Positions 1 to 11,330 of a stretch of 64,000 nucleotides of DNA are shown here, in pieces. The translations under genes and the position numbers were made by a program. Below the pieces are notes generated by a model, which was not told where the DNA came from, searched no databases, and saw only the letters and a list, made by a program, of their open reading frames with translations. This stretch comes from Eledone cirrhosa (lineage: Eukaryota): the NCBI GenBank assembly GCA_964016885.1, contig OZ024742.1, positions 145,700,001 through 145,764,000 of the forward strand. The letters are read 5' to 3'. Position 1 is the stretch's first letter, and each line of letters begins with the position of its first letter.

Positions 1-160
1 TAATTCATACATGTAAACTGTGATGCTACATGACAGTGAGACTCGAGCTTTGACTGCAAAAGACCTAAGAAGACTAGAAGTAAATAAAAAAATATGCTTC
101 ATTAGATGCGTAGTGCCAGTGTGCACAAATGATGCAGTATAAGTGAACTGAGACAAACAC
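1..160 (+). mobile_element. Old RTE LINE 3' coding fragment
   Basis: Degenerate translation resembles the '[25 protein letters not shown]' segment of the RTE ORFs elsewhere in the window. Confidence 0.5.
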
Positions 161-299
161 TTGTCAAAACTGTACCAAAAAGGGTTGAAAGAACTCTTCA
201 GTAACATTACAAACATGACAACCTCTTTATACAATGAATCATACACTAGAGTGAAAGGGCAAAAAGATGTCATATCAGCAGAAGGAAGTGGAACAGATT

Positions 300-3100
300 C
301 TTTTTCACATTGAGTTAGTCAAGTAGGTATGTTGTATTCTCCACAAAAATCTAATTTCTGATCAGAGTTGTGTGAGTGTGATTCGTGGGTTGCAGAGCTA
401 TATAGAGAGGAATAAGAATTCCATAAGGTAAGTGATTTCCATTTCTACCACAAGCTATTTTGGTCTTGTTTCTTTCATTTGTTTTGGGTTTTTTTTGTAC
501 AATCAATATGTCAACAAAAATAAAAGACAGTAGTGACGTCTTTATGCCATTTTCTGGTGAAGGAGATGTGGTGACCTAGATAAAGAAGATGAAGCTAGCA
601 TTGAGAATGCAGAAGCTCAACCTGGTTTTTAATATTCAGAAAGGATCATGTTAGGCCTATATTTAAAGATGAATGAGATGCTAGACCGATTAGATGCATA
701 GAAAATTGAAAGCTGATTAAAAGAATCATTCACACAAGGAGTATTCAAAGCATATAAGCAAAGTAGGAAGGATGGAATGGGTGAGAGACAGGTGGACATC
801 TAAACGAATGAGATCAGAAGACTAACTGGGTTAGCCTGGCTTTCTGGAGGAGTAATGAAGAGAGTAGTGAAGTTGGTTTCTCTGATTATATATTGGTGAG
901 GTTACAGTAGTTGCTGGGCATTGAAATGGTTACTATGGGTGAATTATGGGATAGAGCTAGGGTGTTGATGCAGAAAAACATGTAAGATTTTGCAACAGTT
1001 GCAACAGAAGAGTCTTGTAGAAGAGGGGAGGGGTAAGCAATAAGCAATGAAAACCAGAGAGCAGATTTATAACAGTCACAAACATTTAAGAGTCAGTGTT
1101 TCAGTGTTACTTTATCACCCTTTCCATATCTTCCATGTGGCAGAGAAATTGTAGTGGTATTAGCTGATAAGATACAGGGGCAAAACATACTGTCTGATCA
1201 AGCTGGAATTTCGGATAAACTCAACACCAAAAATCATGGCAATGGATGGATATCATGGCAATGGCATGGACATAAATGGATGGCTAAGCTGCATTGGGGC
1301 TCAAGCAGGGGCTTGAGCCCCAATGCAGCTTAGCCATCCATTTATTCTAGTAGTTTCATTGTCAATTGAATCTTTTTAGATGACTTATAATATCTGATGT
1401 TGACACCACTATCTTGTCCACTAAGATGTCATCTATTGGTGGTCTTTTTAATTTTCTCCACCTTTCCTAGGAGGGCCTTGAGAACCTTTGCCATGATTTT
1501 TGGTGTTGAGTTTATCCGAAATTCCAGCTTGATCAGACAGTATGTTTTGCCCCTGTATCTTATCAGCTAATACCACTACAATTTCTCTGCCACATGGAAG
1601 ATATAGATAATGACAAATAACGGAAGCTGGTGTTTTGGTGATGAAATGAGATTCTAGAACTGAGCAACAGCGTGAATAGGTGAGACTATTCTCAATGTGT
1701 GGGAAGCTGGTGAGCCACTACTCCATTGTGGTGTAGGTTTGAAAGGCATGGAGCCATGGCAAGAGCTGAACAGATAGAGTGAGCTGGGGTGATAAATTAG
1801 GAGAGAGGATAGTTGCCATGATGCAAGATATCTTGGAGAGGGTGAGAGTCTACTTGATGAGAAGAAGTTAGTATGTGCCTAAATCAGAAAAAGAGTTTCA
1901 TGGTGCCTTGCTAGTAGTACAGTAATATTTATTGGTTACTTTTGAAATTGGAGCTGTTGCTGTGTAGGATGCAAACAGGTTTAGGAAGAAGGATGGCTGT
2001 AGCCAAATTAATGTAACCAAGATAGATGCCATGCTGAAGAAGAAAAATCTGGCTCTGAGATGAGGGCTGGGCACTATTAAGATTCAAACTGATTCAGTTA
2101 CTGTATTTGGATTGATGGAATCCGTAATCATCGATGAGAAGAGGTTGGAAACAAAAGAGATCCAGAGAGGTGTTAATGAAACCACATCTAGGAATCTTGC
2201 GAGAGCTAGCTACTGAGTTCAACCAGAAGCAGCATGCAGCCTTTTGCTCTTGGAGAGGAATATGGCAGATGTCCTTACCAGGGTGAAAAAAGCTTGATTG
2301 GGGTGCCAGAAGACTCAGTTAGTAGAGTGTCTGCAGTGTATCAGTTGGAGGATACAGCACTAAGGAGACTACACAGCATGCATCATATGAGAGTAAATAA
2401 GCCTCTATTTTGGGCCAGGAATGGGAGAGCATTTTGAATGTAGTCAGGAGCTCTGGCAAGTGTCAGTCCATTGACCCTGCACCAAGTACATATGAGACAG
2501 GGAAGAATTGGGTGAAAGACAAATGGAAAAGGTTGGCAGTTGATGTAATGGTCTACTGGTAGGGAACACATCACTTAAAGATTGACTGTGGACCAAGGCA
2601 GATGGCAATATGGAAGGAAACTAAGACAGAGACAGTGATTGAAATTGCATAAATGCTGAACAAAATATTCTTGGTGATGGGGCTGCGCAGATGTGTTATT
2701 GATGGTCAACAGCACTGCATTTCATTCAAAATTGCTGAAAGAGATACTTGACCATTGTCATGTTTAATGCATCTTCAGAGCTGTATATAAGCTAAATGGA
2801 AATTGGATTGGAGAAAGATCTCATCACACAATCAGAAAAAGAGGATATCTCTTCATATAAGGCTCAGTTCTGATACAAGTTGCACAGGGAAGGTCTGACT
2901 GAAGAGTCAGTGCCACAGAAGCAATGTTCATATATAAATAGTGAGAAACCTAGCATAGTACCACAACATCTAGGGGAAGAGGAAGGACCTGCATCCATTA
3001 AGTTTGGGGATGAGGTCTGGGGGAAGCCCCACAATACATACTGTCCATCTTGATGGGTGAGGGGATTAGTGACAGACTTGAATTTCCAAAACAATGCTTC
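300..3100 (-). mobile_element. Highly decayed non-LTR retrotransposon (CR1/L2-like), boundaries approximate
   Basis: Purine-rich + strand with scattered LINE-like endonuclease/RT peptide remnants on the minus strand and no long ORF. Confidence 0.35.
1126..1604. repeat. Nested perfect inverted repeats (117-bp arms and an inner 35-bp hairpin)
   Basis: 1126-1242 is the reverse complement of 1488-1604. 1272-1306 is the reverse complement of 1311-1345, with loop AGGG. Confidence 0.95.
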
Positions 3101-3994
3101 AGTAGGCGGAATGTTGTGTCACATTCTAAACATTCACAAGGTCCCCCTTTTCACTGCTTTAAAGATATTAGCTACCTAAGATGATCCCACAGCTCATCTA
3201 TTAAAAACTGGTGTGGATGATGATGATGATGATGAAATATCATCATTATTACTATACATTCAAAACTGACTGTATATACTCAAATATAAGCTGGGAACTA
3301 TGTGACCCCAAAAAATCAATGGTAAAATGGTGTGCGGGGGTCAGCTTATATTTGGGATCAATATTTTGATGATTTTCACCAACTTCAAATTCTATGTAAA
3401 TAAGGTGCTAAAATATTTTGAGTGATTATTTCACAATGAAACACTGTTTTTCTACATTTCCTATATCATCAGGAGTTTTATTTATAGATTGCCTTGAGAA
3501 CATTCCTACAAAATTTTATTATTTGAACTTTTTAATACATCTGTTTTTCTCTGTGACATATATAATTATACTTATTCTTTCAATCTTGTTTTGTTTTATT
3601 TTGCTTCTCTCTCTTTCCCTTCTGTTACTCGTGCCCTCTCTGTTTCTTGCTCTGCCTCTCTCTCTTGCTTGCTGTCTCTTTCTCACCCTTCTAAAGACAT
3701 TATGTAGTGAATTTGTGAAACAAAAAATATACTCCAAATGACACTTATATTAAAGTATATTGACAAGTATATGACAAGTATATTAAAACTTCATAAATAT
3801 TTTCTCCACTCGTGAAAATGTTAAAACAACACAATAATGTGTTGATTTGCTGTCTCAGCTTATAAATGGGATTTGGATTTTTGTCCATTTCTTAGACATA
3901 AAACAGTAGGGGTGTGGGTGGGGGTGGGTGGGCATTATATTCAAGCATATACAGTACATTATAAAAACTATTAGTAAAGAAAAATTATTCTTAC

Positions 3995-4318
3995 CTTTGC
4001 CATCTAAAAACAATTCCAAGAAACCATTCCAATCTCCATCATAATGGTACAGTTTGTCCAACTGAAATGTGTGGTGATAGGCAGAAGCAGCAATATCTCG
4101 TGGGTTGCGTGTCATGAAAATCATTTTAGGTTTTTTGGTAAATATCTGGTGTGGTAAATAATGCAAGAGGAGGTGGTTGTTTAACACTCTAGGTGATGGA
4201 AGTTGGTCTAGTTTATCTTGGTCTGAAAATTCCATCATTGCAACACATTTGTCTTCTGGATGATATTCAGTAGAACCTTTAAGCAGCATTCCACAAATTT
4301 CCCACATCCAGTGACAAC
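3995..4318 (-). CDS. Cytosolic sulfotransferase, second coding exon; gene probably continues beyond the left window edge
   Basis: Acceptor ccaccatag|GT TGT CAC TGG and donor AAAG|gtaaga. Encodes CHWMWEI...SPRVLNNHL...KPKMIFMTRNPRDIAASAYHH...FLELFLDGK, containing the RNPRD..S 3'-phosphate-binding motif and the catalytic-His region. Confidence 0.88.
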
Positions 4319-5252
4319 CTATGGTGGAAATATTGAAATCTCAAAGGCATAAGGAAAAACAACCAATTATACATCAACATATCATAATTATTATCATATG
4401 CACCTTTGATGAGTTGTAGTGCATCTAAGCACTGTACACAATAATTTTCATTATTCATTATTATTCTTTAAGAGGAACAATAACATTCACAGTAATTATT
4501 TCAATTTAAGAAGTCTTGCAAATCTGATGAGATATTTACAACAAATGATATCTCCATAAAGGTCATTCAGTTTGAAGATTATAGAAGCCATTTTGTGAAT
4601 GAACCATTTGAAAGTTTCCATTATGAAATTTTAGCAATTTACTCAAAGCACCATAATTCAGAAATACTGGGCTGGTCGAGCCATATGAGTGTCATTGTTG
4701 TCTGCCCGTTTTCACAGGGAGACAGAGGATGGGTAGTCGGTCTCGGCATGTCTGTACATGAAATGGTGAACTGGTATAGGGCTGTAGCATTGGCATTGGA
4801 ATCAATATCTGAGAGTTGGTCAGGAGTTGGTTTGTACCATTTTATTTTCCCTCTTTCTGTGGGCAGTGGAGGGTTTGTTACTTGGTGTTAGAAAAAGCAT
4901 AAAGCTGCAGAAAGTTTGCTGAACAAGAGGTTGGGAGGACCCTTCAGTTTGTATCAAAAGACATGACAATTTCTCCTGTGCACTAGGTAGAATGTGAGAC
5001 TGTACATAAATGATATGCAAATCCCCAGTCTGTCTGAGAGGTCAGTGGCTCTGCTTCAGTACTGACTTTGTCTATGTAGACCTGTCCAACCCATGCTAGT
5101 AGGGAAAGTGGATGTTAAATGATGATGATGATGTTGATGATGAGTAGGATGCTGATGATAAAATAACAATAGATATTCATTCTCAGTGCAAATAGTGTTA
5201 AACAGCTAAATCCTACCCACAGTTTAGTTGAGTATAATTCAGTCATACGATC

Positions 5253-5297
<45 letters not shown>

Positions 5298-5302
5298 TAT
5301 AT

Positions 5303-5487
5303 ACTGTAGTATAAGCTTGGTAGAAATATCCAAGGGTAAGAGCACTCAGTTCATAGGATGAATTAAGTATAATTAGTTACAACAGTGACATATGCAGGTA
5401 CTTAAGTTTCATTGGGTTATGAGTTGGAGTGTATAACCCAACAAAACTTAAGTACTTGTATATGTCACAGTTGTATCTAATTGTATA
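5303..5487. mobile_element. Minimal Penelope-like remnant: tail tag plus inverted duplication of the pLTR 3' end
   Basis: Follows (TA)n. Tag contains AGAGCACTC. Imperfect arms at 5368-5420 and 5433-5485 include a hammerhead 3' half (GAAA-CTTAAG-TA on the minus strand). Confidence 0.55.
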
Positions 5488-5608
5488 TGTATATATAGAG
5501 AGAGAGATAGAGGTAGAACACTGGAAGGTAATATCCATAGTGGTAGAGCACACTCAGTCCATGGGACGAGTTTGGTAGAAGTAGTAACGTAACAGTTAGT
5601 TCACCATA

Positions 5609-5649
5609 CCGAGAACAATTGTTTCACCTTATGCAGATCTTCAGCTCGG
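5609..5649 (-). ncRNA. Minimal type I hammerhead ribozyme
   Basis: Minus strand reads ccgag-CTGAAGA-tctgcataaggt-GAAA-caattg-TT-ctcgg. Stem I is ccgag/ctcgg and stem III is the palindrome CAATTG. Stem II is weak. Confidence 0.7.
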
Positions 5650-6748
5650 ACTGGTAATGGTTATATGGAACAGGAAAAACAACCGTATGAACATGCATGT
5701 GCAGAAACGGTCACTTCACCCAAGCGATACAAAACCATGGGCGAAAGGTTTGAGGGAGATAACTGCAAATATCCGGAATAAAATGTTCGAGTTGATTAGA
5801 AAATTAGAATGTTGTTGTTATTCAATCCGAAGCTTTGTAGTTATGCAAGAGTTGTTTCCAGCTAACAGCGGCTTCTCGCAACCAACCCACTAACAGCAAC
5901 AGCAATGAGAAAAGAAATCATAACAATAGACAAACTATCTGGTTTTCTCCTCCCTTCTCACTCAATGTTAAAACTAATGTAGAAAAAAATGTTAGCCCTC
6001 TTAGATAGACACTTCCCCATAGGTCACAAATACCACTCCATCTTTAACAGACGCAGAGTAAAACTAGGGTACTCTTGCGCTAAGAATATGAAGGCCCACA
6101 TCACCTAAGAGCGGCACCCCACCAGGATGCTCTTGCGAAAAGCCTGAAGCTTGTCCCCTTCAACACAATGCAACACACCCGCTGTAGTTTATGAAGCTGT
6201 GGACACTTCCAACCGACCAAACCAACCACAGAAGGTCAAATCCTATGTGGGTATGGGGGAGGGCCCATTTAAGGAATGCTTCCTCAACTATGAGTCAACC
6301 TTTAGGTACCCGGACAAACGATCATCCACGAAACTCGTGAGCCATGTATGGTCCCTCAAAGACTCAGGTATGGACTACTCCATTCAATGGAAAGCCATCA
6401 CTAAGTCCAAGCCATACGCAAGGGGTAATCCATCTTGTGGACTGTGTATTGAAGAAAGGATAAATATTCTAAGGAGATTACGTAATATCGATTGCCTAAA
6501 TTCAAAAATTTAATCTTCTCATGTTGTCCACATGTCTGGAAACACCTCTTGCATAACTACAAAAGCTCCGGATTGAATAACAACAATATTCTAATTTTCT
6601 AATCAACTCAAACATTTTATTCCGGACATTTGCAGTTATCTCCCTTACACCATTTGCCTGTGGTTTTGTATCGCTTGGGTGAAGTGACCATTTCTGCGCA
6701 TGCGCATTCATACGGTTGTTTTTCCTGTTCCGTATAACCATTACCAGT

Positions 6749-6789
6749 CCAAGCTGAAGATCCGCATAAGGTGAAACAATTGTTCTCGG
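6749..6789 (+). ncRNA. Minimal type I hammerhead ribozyme (3' pLTR copy)
   Basis: ccaag-CTGAAGA-tccgcataaggt-GAAA-caattg-TT-ctcgg, with one stem I mismatch. Confidence 0.7.
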
Positions 6790-7425
6790 TATGGTGAACT
6801 AACTGTTGTGTTACTACTTTTATATATATATATATATCAAATGAAACAACGGAGTTAAGGACTCGCGTTTATCCCTCTAATTTAATGAGCTCAAGGGAAA
6901 ATTGCTGGGCTCTTTATAATACAATATAAAGAGGAGAAAACATGAAGGAGCATGTTTTCAATTGCAGGAGTTATAAGGTCACTAGAGTGAAAAACATAAA
7001 AACTACGAAAGGTATGGGAAATACATTATAATTAAAGAGATAAATTAAAATGCATAAACCCACCTTTATAGCTATAAAACACCTATCCAGACTCAGAGAG
7101 AATGTTTCACCATAAACAATGTAAGAATCATATCCACCCAGGGTTCATCAGCAGGTGTAAAGAAGATACGTCCCACACTTCTAAATAAACATTAGACAAC
7201 TGACTTGGCAGACGTGGAGAGAGAAGGAAAATGTGTGCACCAGACAGTACTTAGTGGCTTGAAAGGATCAAAAAGCCGTTAGAAATGGCAGCCTATAGCC
7301 ATTCAACATAAAATGCACAACAAACAGAGAAATTAGTTAGGAGCTAAAATATCAAATGAAACAATGCAGTTATGGACTCATGTTTCTTTCTCTCTCCATG
7401 TGTATTATATATATATATATATATA

Positions 7426-7613
7426 ACGAAGGAAATGTGGTAAGGAACCAGGTGGACCATAACGCACCAAAGTACTCAATACTTAGGGTAGTAGAGTGGG
7501 TAATAGGAACAAGTAAGACCCCGACGGCTGAGCTCAAGCCGTTTCGACGGCTAATTCTGTACTGAATTAGCCGTCGAAACGGCTTGAGCTCAGCCGTCGG
7601 GGTCTTACTTGTT

Positions 7614-7618
<5 letters not shown>
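7426..7618. mobile_element. Penelope-like tail tag plus perfect 55-bp hairpin containing a hammerhead 3' half
   Basis: Arms 7503-7557 and 7564-7618 are exact reverse complements and contain GAAA-cggct...agccg-TC-ggggtc. The tag is homologous to 38497-38565. Flanked by (TA)n. Confidence 0.65.
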
Positions 7619-7657
<39 letters not shown>

Positions 7658-7799
7658 CATACATACATACATATATTATATCATCATCATCATCATCGTT
7701 TAACGTCTAGCGTGGAAAGAGAAGGTAACGTGAGTCCTGAACTGCATTGTTTCATTTGATATTTTAGCTCCTAACTAATTTCTCTGTTTATATATATCA

Positions 7800-8164
7800 T
7801 CATCATCATCATCATCACCGTTTTACATCTGTTCTTCCACGCTAGCATGGGTTAGACGGGTTGTCCTATTGTGGGCAGTGTCCAGTCGGCTGACCTTGTC
7901 TTGCTCATACGGAAACTGATTCTGACTTGATTTCTACAGCTGGATACCCTTCCTAACACCAACCTCATTTACAGTGAGTGGTGGGTGCTTTTTTTTTGCC
8001 ATGGCACCTCCACGACCACTTTGCAGTGGAATGATAGGGACCCTAGTCCTATCCTCTCATTTCTACAGCTGAGTAAACTAGAGCAATGTGAAATAAAGTG
8101 TCTTGCTCAAGGAAACAACACATCACCTGGTCTGAGAATTGAACTCACAACCTTTCGATTGCAA

Positions 8165-8165
<1 letters not shown>
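7800..8165 (-). mobile_element. tRNA/CORE-type SINE (family 1), 5'-truncated, RTE-like 3' tail
   Basis: Matches 10152-10538 over the body and ends in a (CAT)n tail. Confidence 0.8.
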
Positions 8166-8216
<51 letters not shown>

Positions 8217-8499
8217 CAGGGTGCGGACGATATTTGTTCGCAATTTTCAACTGTTAATTTTAACTTCCGTTGTCACTCTTGTCTTCATAAAAACAGTGAC
8301 TATATTTCCATTATTTATTTTCAGAATAATTGATTATGAATAATTTTGAACCTCCAAATTTGTAGAAGAGACACAGAGTTCTTCTTGGAATCCGTGCCGG
8401 GAGGACAAATAAGGAAATTTCAGACTTTCTCAGCGTCTCCAGGAGAATGGTGGAAAAGGTCAGAAAGGAATTGGAAGATTCAGGATTCGACTACGAATG

Positions 8500-8800
8500 G
8501 CATCTCATTTGGTAAACACCCACAAAATTATTAACCATCTTGCAGACAACAACCCTGAGCAGATTTTTTAATTCCTGTGGGCATGCCTACAAAGTCAATA
8601 AACAGCAGAAGCTCCCATGACTTTCAGAAACATTTTTTCATGCTCAGAGTTGCTGAAACATGGAACAAACTACTAACATCGGTTGTTAGCTGTCGGGATA
8701 CTCCATCCTTCAAAACATTATTTTATGTATTATACATGCACCTTTGATGAGTTGTAGTGCACCTGAGCACTGTGCACGATAATTTTCATTATCATTATTA
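8500..8800 (+). mobile_element. CR1 LINE 3' fragment and tail (tail also at ~4398-4465)
   Basis: Homologous to 47670-48090 (...FFMLRVAE.WNKL... and the atgcacctttgatgagttgtagtgcac...(ATT)n tail). Confidence 0.75.
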
Positions 8801-8869
8801 CATTGTACTGTAAGATGACAGGAGAAAAACAAAGACCTTTGTTGTAATGTGGGATAACAAAATACATAC

Positions 8870-9035
8870 CAGCTTTCATGTAACCGAGAAGTAATACATC
8901 ATCATCTCTTAATGGCATATCTGGAAGATTGTCAAGACGTTCTTCAATATTTGGAAATAGTGGCAACAAAAAGCCTTTGTAGTCATAGTTGTGCAACTGA
9001 TATCCAGCCAGATCTTTGTAGAAAACTTCAGGCAT
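8870..9035 (-). CDS. Cytosolic sulfotransferase (Sulfotransfer_1 family), first coding exon
   Basis: Translates MPEVFYKD...PLRDDDVLLLGYMKAG. Acceptor ttttacag precedes 9055, with an in-frame TAG upstream of the ATG at 9035. Phase-1 donor G|gtatgt after 8870 splices in frame to 4318, giving the PAPS-binding-like motif GYMKAGCHW. Confidence 0.85.
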
Positions 9036-9253
9036 GATGTAATTCTATTGTACCTCTGTAAAAATAACACATCTGATATATAAATTTTATATTATAGTAT
9101 TTAAAGAAATAATTAACATTATCATTAACATTTTACATCCGTTTTTCCATGCATGCATGCATATCTTCCATCCATTCATTGAGATCCTTTGTTTTTAAGC
9201 CTGCAGCTAAATGTGTAAATATATGGTTGACTTCAGGGACACGAGGAACATAA

Positions 9254-9303
<50 letters not shown>

Positions 9304-9771
9304 AGTGAGGAGGAGAAGGAGTGGGGGGGGGGGGTTAGAGGAGGATTCATGATCACACATATAATACATAGTACAATTTTATTCTAAACATAGCTGAGAG
9401 ATTGAAGTGAAATCTGCCACAACACTTTACAACTGAAGAAACTGATATAAGTCATAACATTGTTATATCAGACAACATCAGTATATCAATTATTGCCGGG
9501 TACCATAGATATGGACACTTGGAGAAAGGAAATTTAGTGCAACCTGGAATCTAACCAGAATCACAAGGTACATCTCACCAAGAGCTTTCCACTTTTCTAA
9601 CATGCACAACATAAGAGCTGTTGAGATTAATTATAAGACACTTACATAAAAAGGATTAGTTTCAAAATAGAAGTTGGCGTAAAAAGGCAAGCAGCTAAAA
9701 GCAAAGAAAATAGTTAACTATACGAATATAAATAGACTAACATAGATATATACACACATACACACATACAT

Positions 9772-9818
<47 letters not shown>

Positions 9819-10151
9819 TATATACAGTGGCAGACTGGCCAGGTTGCCAGGTTGCCCAATGGCAAGTGAGCTCCAGGGGGCCCACAGTAGCATTGCAGGT
9901 GCTCACTGTAGTATTTTAGGGGCCAATGCATTGCTTTAAAAAAATACCTGAAGTCTAAGAGAAAGAATAAAATCTTTTTTTTAAATAAATAAAACAATTA
10001 AGCAAAGCATTTGGTCAACCAATTCCCCAGGGAATTAATAGAAACCAAAATATATGATAGCTGGAATCAGTTGTACATTCTACTAAATTTAAAGCTTAGT
10101 GTATTCTTCATGGATGCAAACATACATATATAGACACACACAAGCATATAT

Positions 10152-10538
10152 ATCATCATCATCCTTTTACGTCTTCTTTTCCCTGCTTGCAAGGGTGGGA
10201 CGGGAACTGATTCTGGCTTGATTTCTACAGCTGGATGCCCTTCCTAACACCAACCTCATTTACAGTGTGGGCTTTGGTTCTTTTTTTTCCATGGCGCCTA
10301 CATGTCCACTTTACAGTGTGGGCTGGGTGCTTTTTTGCCGTGGCACCTCTATGACCACTTTGCAGTGGAATGATAGGGACCCCAGTCCTATCATCTCATT
10401 TCTACAGCTGAGTAAACTGGAGCAATGCGAAATAAAGTGTCTTGTTCAAGGAAACAACACATCACCCGGTCTGAGAATTGAACTCACAACCTTTCGATTG
10501 CAAGCCCAATGCTCTAACCACTAAGCCATGTGCCTCCA
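10152..10538 (-). mobile_element. Full-length tRNA-derived CORE-type SINE (family 1)
   Basis: Head has A box TGGCTTAGTGG and B box GAGTTCAATTC. CORE-like segment TTTCCTTGAGCAAGACACTT (GAAC in this copy). 3' end shared with the RTE 3' UTR, then an (ATG)n tail. Confidence 0.85.
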
Positions 10539-10689
10539 CAGTAGCATTGCAGGTACTCACTGTAGTATTTTAGGGGCCAATGCTTTGCTTTAAAAAAGTA
10601 CCTGAAGTCTAAAAGAAAGAATAAAATCTTTTTTTTTAAATAAATAAAACAATTAAGCAAAGCATTTAGTCAACAAATTCCCCAGAGAA

Positions 10690-10728
<39 letters not shown>

Positions 10729-11254
10729 TCAATTAGATCCCTAGGGATTTTTGTACAAGTTGAAAACATGTTCTATATACATATATAAATCTATATATAT
10801 ACATGCACATATATACACACACTCCCATATATATATATATATATATACAATGGCGGTCTGAATCTAAAAATATTGGTTGCCAGGATCGTATACCTTCCTG
10901 TCAGTCGATTGAACGTTTGAAAGTATATACTTTCCTTATCCATATTAACGGATGAGCAGCCTAATTTGCATATCGAGCGAGTTAGTCAGCCGGATGTACC
11001 GAAAACGATAAATGGAAAAAATGAAATTTCATTTCTCACTCTTAGTACAGCTGATACTTAAATATAAGTATGTATATGAACATACATATATGTATACAGA
11101 CGTACACTAGTATGTATATACATACATACATGCACATATATATATATATGTACGTATGGGTTTACCGATACGTACATATATATATGTGTGCATGTATGTA
11201 TGTATATACATACTAGTATATGTCTGTATACATATATGTATGCACGTATACATA

Positions 11255-11326
<72 letters not shown>

Positions 11327-11330
<4 letters not shown>

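Larger units (their letters stand above)
5510..6820 (+). mobile_element. 5'-truncated Penelope-like element (GIY-YIG region) flanked by inverted pseudo-LTRs
   Basis: About 5930-6535 encodes [13 protein letters not shown]...GCSC..CP...VVYEA...YVGM...CGLCIEE...LNSK, homologous to 38698-40830. ~280-bp inverted repeat at 5579-5861 and 6537-6819. (TA)n/(GA)n flanks. Confidence 0.85.

Noticed and set aside
10468-10538. tRNA gene
   Set aside because: It is the tRNA-derived head of a multi-copy SINE, continuous with the CORE-like and LINE-derived parts.
10846-11060. Shared terminus TACAATGGCGGTCTGA.TCTAAAAATATTGGTTGCC (also at 14811) as a DNA transposon TIR
   Set aside because: The repeat is real, but I found no matching inverted end, so the class is unassigned.
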